Assembly: GCA_029007825.1 (NCBI GenBank)
Contig: JAQXIO010000062.1
Span: forward strand, 1,252 to 65,251
Direction: 5' to 3'
Origin: Bacteroidales bacterium
GTDB taxonomy: Bacteria > Bacteroidota > Bacteroidia > Bacteroidales > JAQXIO01
Length of the DNA: 64,000 nt
A model generated the notes under the pieces. It was given only the letters and a program-made list of their open reading frames with translations, was not told the DNA's origin and did not search any database. How positions within the stretch are numbered: the first letter of the stretch is position 1; each line of letters starts with the position of its first letter. A program made the translations under genes and the position numbers. This document shows positions 27,103 through 36,831 of this stretch, piece after piece.

Positions 27103-27771
27103 ATGAGTGAGTTGTTAAAGCAAATAGCTACTTGTATCGAATTCGGCAAGGTTAACCAGGCTTCTCCTTATCCTCCACAAATGCGTGGACAAGAGGGTGC
27201 CGACGAGTTGACGAGAAAAGCCCTGGAAGAGGGTATTGCTCCCGCACAGATTCTGGAGGAGGGATTGGTTTCGGCTATGGCAGTAGTTGGTCAGAAATTC
27301 TCCGAGAATAAGATTTTCGTTCCGCAGATGTTACTTTCTGCAAAGGCTATGAATGCTGCGATGGTGCATTTAAAGAAGTTTTTCAGCAGCGGCGAGGTTA
27401 CAAAGAAGGGTACGGTTATTATGGGTACTGTTATGGGAGACTTGCATGATATAGGGAAGAACTTGTGTGCTATGATGATCGAGGGCTCGGGATATGAGGT
27501 TATCGATCTCGGTGTGGATGTGAAGCCGGAACAGTTTGCAGAGAAATTAAAGGAGCATCCGGGTGCGTGTATCGGGGTTTCTGCGTTGCTAACGACTACT
27601 ATGGTTAATATCGAACTGGTGGTGAAGGCGGTAAGGGCGGTTGATCCTGCGTGCAAGGTAATTGTGGGCGGGGCGCCTCTTAATACTGATTTTGCTAAAA
27701 AGGTGGGTGCTGATTTTTACGGCAGGGATCCACAGGCGGATATCGATTATCTTCATTCTCTCAGTGCATAA
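27103..27771 (+). CDS. corrinoid (cobalamin-binding) protein of a methyltransferase system
   Basis: N-terminal helical cap plus a Rossmann B12-binding domain with the D-x-H-x-x-G motif (GDLHDIGKN). Confidence 0.9.
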   Translation: MSELLKQIATCIEFGKVNQASPYPPQMRGQEGADELTRKALEEGIAPAQILEEGLVSAMAVVGQKFSENKIFVPQMLLSAKAMNAAMVHLKKFFSSGEVTKKGTVIMGTVMGDLHDIGKNLCAMMIEGSGYEVIDLGVDVKPEQFAEKLKEHPGACIGVSALLTTTMVNIELVVKAVRAVDPACKVIVGGAPLNTDFAKKVGADFYGRDPQADIDYLHSLSA

Positions 27772-27783
27772 ACAGCGTTAAAT

Positions 27784-29046
27784 ATGAATTCAAAACAGAA
27801 TCTGGCAGAAGTACTGAATCATCGTCAGGGAGCAAAGATTCCTATCGATTTCGGAGGTTCTTCCGTTACGGGGGTACATGTTTTTACGGTTGAAAAGTTA
27901 CGGGCTTATTACGGTTTGCCGTGGAGGCCTGTAAGGGTGATCGAGCCTTACCAGATGTTGGGCGAGGTGGATAGCGAACTGGTCGATGCCGTGGGTATCG
28001 ATGTGTTGCCTATGATGGGGAGGAGCACTATTCTCGGTACGGTAAACGAGGGTTGGCGGGAGTTCAAGACTTTCTGGGGACAGACGGTGCTTGTTTCGGC
28101 TGATTTCGGCCCTAAGTACGATGATAACGGTGATTTGCTGTCTTATCCGGAGGGTGATATTTCGGTAGAGCCTTCGGCCAGAATGCCTAAAAGCGGTTAT
28201 TTTTTCGATGCAATCGAGCGTGAGACTCCTCCTTTCGACGATTCGAATCCGAATGTGGAAGACAATCTGGAGGAGTTCGGTGCGATTTCGGATCAGGATC
28301 TTGCCCATTTCAAGTCGCTGGCGGATGGTCTCCGGGGCAGTGGAAAGGGGGTGCTGGGCAGTTTCGGCGGAACGGCGTTAGGCGATATCGCTTTAGTGCC
28401 GGGAATGAGCCTGAAGCATCCGAAGGGTATCCGGGGAATTGCCGAATGGTATATGTCCACTCTTACGAGGTCCGATTATATTATGGAGCTGTTTGAGCGC
28501 CAGACGGATATTGCTATCGAGAATCTTAAAAAGATTCATAGTGTTGTCGGTGATGTCGCGGATGCGGCTTTTACCTGTGGAACGGATTTCGGAACGCAGA
28601 ATTCTCTATTTTGCGATGCGGATACATTCAGTTTCCTTTATAAGCCGTATTATAAAAAGGTTAATGACTGGATTCATTCCAATACGAATTGGAAGACTTT
28701 CAAGCATAGTTGCGGCGCTGTATTTCCGTTGATTGCCGAGTTTATCGATGCGGGTTTCGATATTGTAAATCCGGTGCAGATCAATGCGGACGGTATGGAT
28801 CCGAAAAAGTTGAAGGAGACGTATGGTGACCGTATTACTTTCTGGGGCGGGGGTATCGATACGCAGAAGATTTTGCCTTACGGCACTCCGGAGGAGGTGC
28901 GTGAGCATGTTTTGCGACAATGTGAGATTTTCGGTAAGAACGGAGGTTTCGTATTCAATGCGGTGCATAATGTTCAAGCGAATGTCCCGATAGAGAATTT
29001 CGGTGCTGCGCTGGAGGCTGTGAAGGAGTTTAACGGCGAGAAGTAA
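27784..29046 (+). CDS. uroporphyrinogen-decarboxylase-family (MtaA/CmuA-like) methyltransferase
   Basis: 420 aa with the URO-D fold pattern, an H-x-C-G putative Zn site (KHSCGAV) and a C-terminal GGFVFNAVHNVQ. Confidence 0.8.
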   Translation: MNSKQNLAEVLNHRQGAKIPIDFGGSSVTGVHVFTVEKLRAYYGLPWRPVRVIEPYQMLGEVDSELVDAVGIDVLPMMGRSTILGTVNEGWREFKTFWGQTVLVSADFGPKYDDNGDLLSYPEGDISVEPSARMPKSGYFFDAIERETPPFDDSNPNVEDNLEEFGAISDQDLAHFKSLADGLRGSGKGVLGSFGGTALGDIALVPGMSLKHPKGIRGIAEWYMSTLTRSDYIMELFERQTDIAIENLKKIHSVVGDVADAAFTCGTDFGTQNSLFCDADTFSFLYKPYYKKVNDWIHSNTNWKTFKHSCGAVFPLIAEFIDAGFDIVNPVQINADGMDPKKLKETYGDRITFWGGGIDTQKILPYGTPEEVREHVLRQCEIFGKNGGFVFNAVHNVQANVPIENFGAALEAVKEFNGEK

Positions 29047-29255
29047 TTTCTATTGTTTGTAGATCGTCGTCGTGGTTTTCTGAGGGCGGGGGTCTAAGAA
29101 TTGATTTTAATTTTTTCTCTGTGCCTGTTTCGTTTGCAATGGTTTTAACGGAAAAGGTATTTGAGACAGGGTTTAGCGATATAGGGGATTTTAAAGCGGG
29201 TTGCTTTGAATATGGTATAAGGATTCGGAAGCAGCGATTCCCCGCATAACGGATA

Positions 29256-29289
29256 AAATAAGCGGCAATAAAAATATTGCCGCTTATTT
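29256..29289. terminator. bidirectional hairpin between convergent genes
   Basis: aaataagcggcaata / tattgccgcttattt, a 15-bp stem flanked by A/T runs. Confidence 0.65.
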
Positions 29290-29292
29290 ATT

Positions 29293-32200
29293 TTAATGAT
29301 TTTGTTTCGAGAGGTATTTGCTGATGAGTGCTCTGAGTTTCAGGCTGTCGACGGGTTTGGTTACATAGTCGTTGCAGCCTGCATCGTACATTCGTTTTAT
29401 ATCTGAATCGAATGTGAATGCGGAGATTACAATGATCGGAACGTCGGGGGAGAGCATACGAATCTGCTGAGTTGCTTCGAAGCCGTCCATTTCGGGCATT
29501 TTTACGTCCATCAGTATGATGTCGGGCTTGTGTTTCTCATACATCGATACAGCTTCTACTCCGTCGTGTGCATGCAGCAGACGGTAGTATTTTTTCAATA
29601 TTACTTCGAGCAACATATAGTTGTATTGGGTATCTTCAGCGATAAGTATCAACGGTTTTTCCGATTGTATTCCGATTTGTTCTGCCTTGTGCCTGATTTC
29701 GGGAAGTTCGGTTTGTTCTTGTTTCTGTATGGAACCGGAACGGGAGAGCATGGTTAACGGTAAAGTGAACCAGAATGTGCTGCCTTTTCCTTCTTCGGAT
29801 TCTACTCCTGTTTTACCACCGAAGCGTTCTATTATTGTCTGACAGATGGAGAGTCCCAAACCGGAGCCTTGCATAAAGCTGTTCAGTTTAATAAAGGGTT
29901 CGAATATGGTGGCGAGCTTATTTTTCGGTATTCCGCATCCGGTGTCGCTGATGAAGAAGCGGATGTCGTTTTCCTGTAACTGGTAGCCGTATTTGATGAA
30001 TCCTTCATCGGTAAATTTGGCGGCGTTGGAGAGGTAGTTGTATATTACTTGGCTTAACCTGTTTTTATCGATCTTCAATGTGCAGGATTGCTCCGGATCA
30101 TGAACGAACTGTAGTTTTACCTGCTTTTTCACATGGAGTGTATCGTCTGTTTCAAATCCGGCGAGGAAGTTGTTTAGGTCAACTTCATCATCGGCAAATT
30201 CGAGGACTCCGGTTTCTATCTTGGAGAGATCCATGATGTCGTTGATGAGGCCGAGCAGGAGCTCGTTATTGGAGGCGATGATTTCACCGTATTTATGCCG
30301 TTCGTCAGCATCTTCGGTTGCTGCCAGTATATTGGAGAAGCCTAATATGGTATTGAGTGGCGTACGTATCTCATGTGACATGTTAACGATGAAGGCGGAT
30401 TTGAGCTTGTCAGATTCTTCGGCTTTGGCTCTCGCTTTTATCAAGCTTTCTTCGACTTTCTTGAGGTTGTCTATATCTATGGTCATCCCAACTATTTCGA
30501 CCTGATTGTTTTGCGGATCGAAGGTTTTAAGTGTTGCATGGTATTTCAGCCAGTGCCATTGTTCGCCGTTCCATACTCTTATGGATTTGACGAATGAGTC
30601 GGCTTTTCCGATGGTCGCTTCATCGAGGAAGTTAATCATGTCTACCCTGTCTTCGGGGTGTACATATTGGTATATGCCTTTTACCTGACTCATGTCGCGG
30701 GTAGTTTCACATAGGTTACGGAACCACTGGTCGGTTGCGAATCCTTTTTTTGTAATCGGATTCCATTGTGAGACTCCTACGTTTGCAATGTCGGATGTGT
30801 ATGTGAAGAGGGATTCTATTTCCGCTACTTTTTGCTGTGAACGTACCAGATGGGTGTTGTCTACCCAAATCATCATGTATCCTGATACGGTGTTCAGATC
30901 ACTTTTGAGAACTTTCACGTGTACGGTAAAGTAGTGTACGGATGTGTGTTCTGTGGTTAATGATGAAAATTTGTTCCATTTGGATGGATGCAACTGGAAT
31001 TCAAAGGATATTTCTTCGCCCCGATTTAGTTTTTCCATTGCGTCTTGGGGCATGGATTGGAACTGAAAGATGGATTTTCCCAAGAGTTTTCCTTTGTCGT
31101 GTACTCCGGCAAGCCTTAAAAAGACTTCATTCACGTCGCTGAGTATTGCATCTTTGTTAAATAGGCATACTCCTAACGACATGTTTTTATAGAGGTAGCC
31201 GAATTTAAGATCGCTCTCTTGTTTCAGTATTTCGTTGCGGAAGTGTTTTGTTCCCATACTCAGCACCTGTACGATGGATTGCATATAGAGCAGGTCTTGT
31301 TCACTCCATGTGCGGGTCTCACGTATGCAGTCGACGGTAATAAAGCCCCATAATTTTTTTTCTACGAGCATCGGGATGAAGAGCAGCGATTTTATGTCGT
31401 GCATTTTCAGGATTTCGAGCTCGGACGAGGGGAGTCCGTCTTTTATGTTTTCCCAGTTGTCGATGGCCAGTAGTTCATTGCTCTGAAGTTTCTGGTAGAG
31501 CCAAGTGAGTTCGTAGATGGGGATATCCTGTAAATTTTCTATTTGAGGTTGTGCGTATTCGGAAGTGACTTCGTAGGTACAACTGCAACTCATTAAGGAG
31601 AAGTTGAGCTCGAAGATGCGACATTGATCGGCGTTAAATTGTGCCAATATATTGTGAAGAACGGTTTCGGTGGCTTTTTTCTCAGTGTCTTCCTGTAAAA
31701 ACGACCAGAGTGCGTCCGAAAGGTTTTTCTGACTGTCAAGCGAGGATGCTATTTCTTCTTTGGATTTGCTCAGGGCTTTCCGTAACTTTTTCGACCGGGA
31801 CAGGAAGAGTAGGGAAGATATCAATGCTATAGTGATAATGGCAATTATCGTTATTACTATAAGTATGAGCGATTTATATTGTTCTATAAAGCTTAGCGGC
31901 TTATTGTAGATGACGGCGTCTTTCGGTATGAGGTTCATATTGATGTTGAACCGTTGCATGGATGGCCAGTTGAGGTAGTAACGGTCGTCGGGATTGTTTT
32001 TTGCCGGTATCTGTGTTACGGGGGTTCCTTCCAGAACTTTGACGGCCATGGGCACCAGTTCTTTTCCGTAGCTTTGTACGGAGGCATAAAAGCCTCCGAT
32101 GAAGAGTTTTTCGGGTATGCCCCAATCGCATAGTATAAATATGGGATTTTGTGCCGTAAAATCGATACGTTTATGTAGCCATTCGTATGAGTCGCTATGG

Positions 32201-32949
32201 TTTTGGGCGTCGTTGATCCACGAGGACATCAGAATAGCTGATTTTTCAGGTATGTTTTTCAATCCGATGTATAGGGAGTCGGTTGTTATGAAGCGTCCGT
32301 CGAGGTAGGTGAATTTCGTATTGGGAAAATTTGTTTCTGCTGTCCGGCGAATCAGAATATTGGAATATATGCTGAAGAACCTGTTGTCGGTAATAACGGT
32401 AACGGATTCCATATCGGGGAGCATTTGCTGCATCAGCTCGATATTTTTTTTGATTTCCATTTTTTCAAGAATGCCCGAGGCGTTGTAGTTTTTTATTATG
32501 TCTTCCGTTTTGGTGAAGTCATCGAAGGTCAGTTTGTCTTTATTTAAGAACTGGTCGAGGGTAATGCTGTAATCTTTTATTCCACAGAGTAGTACCGGAA
32601 CATTTCCGAGTTGTCCGTTGTAGACTTTCCGATATGCCATCCATGCCTCGTCTGATATGATTACGACGAGTTTCGGAGGTGTGGGCATGTTTCTTTTAAG
32701 GATGAGTTCCATCGATTCTTCCCATATTTTAGGGGAAGAGAATCGGTCACTGTTGAGGTAATCGGTAGTTACACTAATCGAGCAACCACTATTTTTCAGT
32801 TCTTCCTTGAAGCTGTTTTCAACGCTTTTGCTCCATGGATGATTTACGCTGTATGAACTGATAATCAATACAAATTCGGTATTGTCGTAGGCTAGTATGG
32901 CGGACAATCCGGTTGCCCAAAAAATCAAAAAAGCTAAAAATCTTCGCAT
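29293..32949 (-). CDS. hybrid sensor histidine kinase/response regulator with periplasmic substrate-binding-like domain
   Basis: The domain order is signal/TM, a periplasmic ABC-substrate-binding-like domain, TM, GAF/PAS region, HisKA (SHEIRTPLN), HATPase (GSGLGLSI) and REC (DVKMPEMDG). The start is placed at MRRFLAFLIF. Confidence 0.9.
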   Translation of the reverse strand: MRRFLAFLIFWATGLSAILAYDNTEFVLIISSYSVNHPWSKSVENSFKEELKNSGCSISVTTDYLNSDRFSSPKIWEESMELILKRNMPTPPKLVVIISDEAWMAYRKVYNGQLGNVPVLLCGIKDYSITLDQFLNKDKLTFDDFTKTEDIIKNYNASGILEKMEIKKNIELMQQMLPDMESVTVITDNRFFSIYSNILIRRTAETNFPNTKFTYLDGRFITTDSLYIGLKNIPEKSAILMSSWINDAQNHSDSYEWLHKRIDFTAQNPIFILCDWGIPEKLFIGGFYASVQSYGKELVPMAVKVLEGTPVTQIPAKNNPDDRYYLNWPSMQRFNINMNLIPKDAVIYNKPLSFIEQYKSLILIVITIIAIITIALISSLLFLSRSKKLRKALSKSKEEIASSLDSQKNLSDALWSFLQEDTEKKATETVLHNILAQFNADQCRIFELNFSLMSCSCTYEVTSEYAQPQIENLQDIPIYELTWLYQKLQSNELLAIDNWENIKDGLPSSELEILKMHDIKSLLFIPMLVEKKLWGFITVDCIRETRTWSEQDLLYMQSIVQVLSMGTKHFRNEILKQESDLKFGYLYKNMSLGVCLFNKDAILSDVNEVFLRLAGVHDKGKLLGKSIFQFQSMPQDAMEKLNRGEEISFEFQLHPSKWNKFSSLTTEHTSVHYFTVHVKVLKSDLNTVSGYMMIWVDNTHLVRSQQKVAEIESLFTYTSDIANVGVSQWNPITKKGFATDQWFRNLCETTRDMSQVKGIYQYVHPEDRVDMINFLDEATIGKADSFVKSIRVWNGEQWHWLKYHATLKTFDPQNNQVEIVGMTIDIDNLKKVEESLIKARAKAEESDKLKSAFIVNMSHEIRTPLNTILGFSNILAATEDADERHKYGEIIASNNELLLGLINDIMDLSKIETGVLEFADDEVDLNNFLAGFETDDTLHVKKQVKLQFVHDPEQSCTLKIDKNRLSQVIYNYLSNAAKFTDEGFIKYGYQLQENDIRFFISDTGCGIPKNKLATIFEPFIKLNSFMQGSGLGLSICQTIIERFGGKTGVESEEGKGSTFWFTLPLTMLSRSGSIQKQEQTELPEIRHKAEQIGIQSEKPLILIAEDTQYNYMLLEVILKKYYRLLHAHDGVEAVSMYEKHKPDIILMDVKMPEMDGFEATQQIRMLSPDVPIIVISAFTFDSDIKRMYDAGCNDYVTKPVDSLKLRALISKYLSKQNH

Positions 32950-33216
32950 CGTTTGTTTTTTACACTGACTAATATAACAAATAGGAGGTGATAATGTTTT
33001 GGTATTGTCCTGGTATTTGTTCATAAAGTACGATTCTAAGATAGATATTTTTATCAAATAAAGGGAGTTTCTTTTTCTTTTTTATCAGAAAGGGGGACAA
33101 AATGGGGTGTGAGGGTGTGTTTTTTGTTGAATGTTGCCGTATGGGGAGCGGAGCTTTTTTTACTTTATACAAAAGGTATTGTATGTGAAATGTTTCCGCG
33201 TTTTCAAGGGATGGTG

Positions 33217-33251
33217 TAAAAAAAGCCGGTTTTCAAAAAACCGGCTTTTTT
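33217..33251 (-). terminator. rho-independent terminator of mdh (symmetric)
   Basis: aaaaagccggtttt / aaaaccggcttttt. Confidence 0.75.
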
Positions 33252-33266
33252 AAGTGCATTTATTTA

Positions 33267-34208
33267 TTAAAGCACATTGATTTCTTTCAATACTGCATTT
33301 GTTTTGCGAACTGCTTCGGCACTTTTTTCGAACAGTGCTTTTTCTTCTGCGTCGAGTTTGAAGTCTACGATTGCTTCGCATCCGTTTTTACCAATTACTA
33401 CGGGTACACCGATACAGATGTCTTTTTGTCCGTATTCTCCGTCGAGGTATACGCAGCATGGGAGTACTTTTTTCTGATTCTTGATGATTGATTCAACGAG
33501 GTATGCTCCTGCTGCTCCGGGTGCATACCAAGCAGATGTTCCAAGCATTTTTGTCAGTGTTGCGCCTCCTACCATTGTGTCGGCAACAACTTTATCAAGT
33601 GTTGCGTTGTCTAAGAAGTTTGAAACGGGAACTCCTTTGTATGTTGCGAGACGTTTCAACGGAATCATGGTGGTGTCACCGTGTCCTCCGATTACAACGC
33701 CTTCTACTTCGTTGGCATTTGCATCGAGTGCCATGCTTAAATAGCATTTAAAGCGTGCACTGTCTAATGCCCCTCCCATACCGATCACGCGGTTTTTGGG
33801 AAGTCCCGTAGCTTTAAGTGCGAGGTAGGTCATTGTGTCCATGGGGTTCGAAATAACCACGATAATGGCATTGGGTGAGTATTTCAGAATGTTTTCGGCT
33901 ACGCTTTTAACGATGCCTGCATTAACGCCGATGAGTTCTTCGCGTGTCATGCCCGGTTTACGTGGGATGCCGGAGGTGATTACTACCACATCCGAATTTG
34001 CAGTTTGAGCATAGTCATTCGTGCAGCCTTTTATTTTAGAGTCGAATCCTAAAAGTCCGGCGGTCTGCATCATATCTAAAGCTTTGCCTTCAGAAATACC
34101 TTCTTTGATATCCAATAATACTATTTCATTGGCTACTTCATTGAAAGTTAGCACATTAGCACATGTGGCGCCTACATTTCCGGCACCTACAACAGTTACT
34201 TTTGACAT
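33267..34208 (-). CDS. mdh: malate dehydrogenase (LDH-like type)
   Basis: MSKVTVVGAGNVGATCA Rossmann motif, GIPRKPGMTREEL and GGHGDTM. Confidence 0.93.
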   Translation of the reverse strand: MSKVTVVGAGNVGATCANVLTFNEVANEIVLLDIKEGISEGKALDMMQTAGLLGFDSKIKGCTNDYAQTANSDVVVITSGIPRKPGMTREELIGVNAGIVKSVAENILKYSPNAIIVVISNPMDTMTYLALKATGLPKNRVIGMGGALDSARFKCYLSMALDANANEVEGVVIGGHGDTTMIPLKRLATYKGVPVSNFLDNATLDKVVADTMVGGATLTKMLGTSAWYAPGAAGAYLVESIIKNQKKVLPCCVYLDGEYGQKDICIGVPVVIGKNGCEAIVDFKLDAEEKALFEKSAEAVRKTNAVLKEINVL

Positions 34209-34407
34209 ACCTAATTAATTTTATATTTATCGTTACAAATGTACGATTCGCAAATTAATACCGAAAGTGTTTCCTGTGTATTTTCATCCACTGAAATATT
34301 AAAATTCACAAAAAAGTTTCAGGGAAACAGGTTTTTTCTCTCTTCTAATGTTGATAAACCGATGAAAGCACTATTTTTGTGCATTAAATTATTTCAGTAC
34401 GCAAATT

Positions 34408-35289
34408 ATGCCTTCAAATAAGATTAAGTGGCTGGTGGCCGCAGTGGTTATTCTTCTGGTAGTGGGACTGGTTGCAGGGTATTTTATCTGGCACCAGCAG
34501 CAACAGATGTCTGTATTGGTGGAGCAGTTTAATATCGAGAAGGAGGAGCTGGCCGACGAGTATAACGAGTTGTCTTTACAGTATGAGGGTTATAAGTTCA
34601 GCGTGGGCAACGATTCGCTGGTTTCTCTGTTAGAGAACGAGCAGGTGAAGGTGCAGCGGTTGCTGGAGGAGCTCCGTACAGTAAAGGCTACGAATGCTAA
34701 GCGTGTAGGGGAGTTGAAAAAGGAGTTGGATTTGTTGCGTAAGATTATGCGTGATTATGTGCGGCAGATCGATTCGTTGAATACGGAGAATTCACAACTT
34801 AAAGAGGAGAATAAGAAGGTTAACAAGCGTTATCAGCAGGTGGCTGCTACGGTTTCACAATTGTCGAAAGAGAAGGAGAAGCTTACCGAGCGTGTGACGC
34901 TGGCATCGAAACTGGAGACGACGGGGATTCAGGTTGTGCCGCTGAACAGCCGTGGTAAGGCTACGAAGCGTATAGGAAAGGCCGAACAGCTTGCGATTTC
35001 TTTCCATATAGTAAAGAATATTACTGCTCCTGTTGGGGAGAAGACGGTTTATGTGCGTATCATGAAGCCGGATGACGATGTGTTGATGAAGAGCCGGGGG
35101 GATTTATTCACGTATGAGGGTAAATCAATCAATTATTCCTGTAAGCGGACGATCGAGTATGAGGGTGAAGAGGTTCCGGTTACGCTTTACTGGAATATCG
35201 AGGAGTATCTTTCTCCAGGTGATTACCGTATCTATATTTTTGCCGATGGCTTTATGATCGGTGAGAAGGCTTTTACATTAAGTAAATAA
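34408..35289 (+). CDS. membrane-anchored coiled-coil protein of unknown function
   Basis: N-terminal TM helix, about 150 aa of heptad-like coiled coil, and a C-terminal beta-rich domain. Confidence 0.6.
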   Translation: MPSNKIKWLVAAVVILLVVGLVAGYFIWHQQQQMSVLVEQFNIEKEELADEYNELSLQYEGYKFSVGNDSLVSLLENEQVKVQRLLEELRTVKATNAKRVGELKKELDLLRKIMRDYVRQIDSLNTENSQLKEENKKVNKRYQQVAATVSQLSKEKEKLTERVTLASKLETTGIQVVPLNSRGKATKRIGKAEQLAISFHIVKNITAPVGEKTVYVRIMKPDDDVLMKSRGDLFTYEGKSINYSCKRTIEYEGEEVPVTLYWNIEEYLSPGDYRIYIFADGFMIGEKAFTLSK

Positions 35290-35630
35290 TTGACTGAGGT
35301 TTCAGTGTAAGTGATAGCTTTTTTACGGACCGGAGAGTGTTTATCCGGGAAAATGATAAAATAAGTGGGATTCCGATTGCTTTTTCAGGTGATCGGAGTT
35401 TTTTTATTTTAGGGGGATAAACCGGGGCGGTTGTTTTTGCGTTTATTATTCTTGCCGGGGGACTGGGTGTAAGATGTGGATTTACGATGGGATGTTGTTT
35501 ACGTGTAGATCGCTCTGGGGTGTAACGGAAGACTGAAATGTTTTACTGGTTTTGTTTTCTGGGAAGTTCGAAAAAACTGCCGGAGGATTTCCGGAAGTAA
35601 AATGCTATATTTGCGCGAATATCAAAAGTT

Positions 35631-36566
35631 GTGAATACAAAGGTCAAGGGATATATTTTAGGCTCTATCGCTGCTGCTACTTACGGGATGAACCCTTTGT
35701 TCGCTCTTCCGTTGTATAAGGCTGGGATGGATCCGAGTTCGGTTCTTTTTTTCAGATACCTGTTCGCCCTTCCGATACTGGGTATTATGATTAAGGCAAG
35801 GGGGAGGAGTTTCAGGCTGAGGCGGAAAGAGGTATTTCCATTGATTATTATGGGGTTGCTGGTGGCTCTTTCTTCTCTTACCTTGTTCGAGAGCTACAAT
35901 TATATGGATGCGGGTATTGCTTCGACGTTATTATTTGTTTATCCGATTATCGTGGCTCTGATTATGGCGCTTGTTTTTAAGGAGAAGCTGACCATACAGA
36001 CTATCCTCTGTATTTTATTGGCGCTGGGTGGTATCGGATTGCTGTATAAAAGCGGTGACGGTACAACGCTTAACCTGACGGGGACAGGTTTGGTTCTGGT
36101 TTCTGCTCTTTCGTACGCTATTTATATCGTGGGTATCAATCAGTCTGTATTGAAAAATATAGCGACTCTTACACTGACTTTCTATGTTTTGCTTTTCGGC
36201 TTGGCTTTGTTTCTGGTACGGGTGGATTTCGGCAAGGGGTTGCATATTGCGGACGAGTGGTATCTTTGGGGTAATTTGCTTGCTTTGGCTATTTTCCCTA
36301 CGGTTATATCGTTTTTGTGCACTACGAGTGCCATTCAATATATCGGTTCGACACCTACTGCTATTCTCGGGGCTTTAGAGCCTGTAACGGCTGTTTTCTT
36401 CGGGGTGACTCTTTTCGGAGAGGCTTTAACGCTGAGGGTGTGTTGCGGGATATTATTGATTATCGGTGCCGTAACGTTTATTATTGCGGGGGGGAACATC
36501 ACTACTTACCTGATTCGTTTCAGGAAACTTTTTCCAAGACTTCCGATCAAAAAGAAAAAGGGTTGA
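35631..36566 (+). CDS. DMT/EamA-family permease
   Basis: 10 TM helices in two EamA-like halves. GTG start. Confidence 0.85.
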   Translation: MNTKVKGYILGSIAAATYGMNPLFALPLYKAGMDPSSVLFFRYLFALPILGIMIKARGRSFRLRRKEVFPLIIMGLLVALSSLTLFESYNYMDAGIASTLLFVYPIIVALIMALVFKEKLTIQTILCILLALGGIGLLYKSGDGTTLNLTGTGLVLVSALSYAIYIVGINQSVLKNIATLTLTFYVLLFGLALFLVRVDFGKGLHIADEWYLWGNLLALAIFPTVISFLCTTSAIQYIGSTPTAILGALEPVTAVFFGVTLFGEALTLRVCCGILLIIGAVTFIIAGGNITTYLIRFRKLFPRLPIKKKKG

Positions 36567-36776
36567 GTTCTATTCGGGTGCGTTGGTTTTTTCTGTCTGT
36601 TTTTTATTAAGATTATCGAACTGAATTCCTCATGACAAGTGCTTTCGGAAAGAGGTAGTATGGGTGAAAAGAGTGTTTCTCCCGATTTATAGTGAAAGGG
36701 TAAGGTTTACTGTTATCAGGTAAAAGGGGCTTTTGCTGTGGTACTTTTCTTGTTCATATTTTTCGATGGAGGGGCA

Positions 36777-36812
36777 TAAAAAAACATCCTATTTTTATAG
36801 GATGTTTTTTAT
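36777..36812. terminator. bidirectional terminator hairpin
   Basis: aaaaaacatcctat / ataggatgtttttt. Confidence 0.75.
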
Positions 36813-36831
36813 TTGTGTTACCGCAAAGGGA

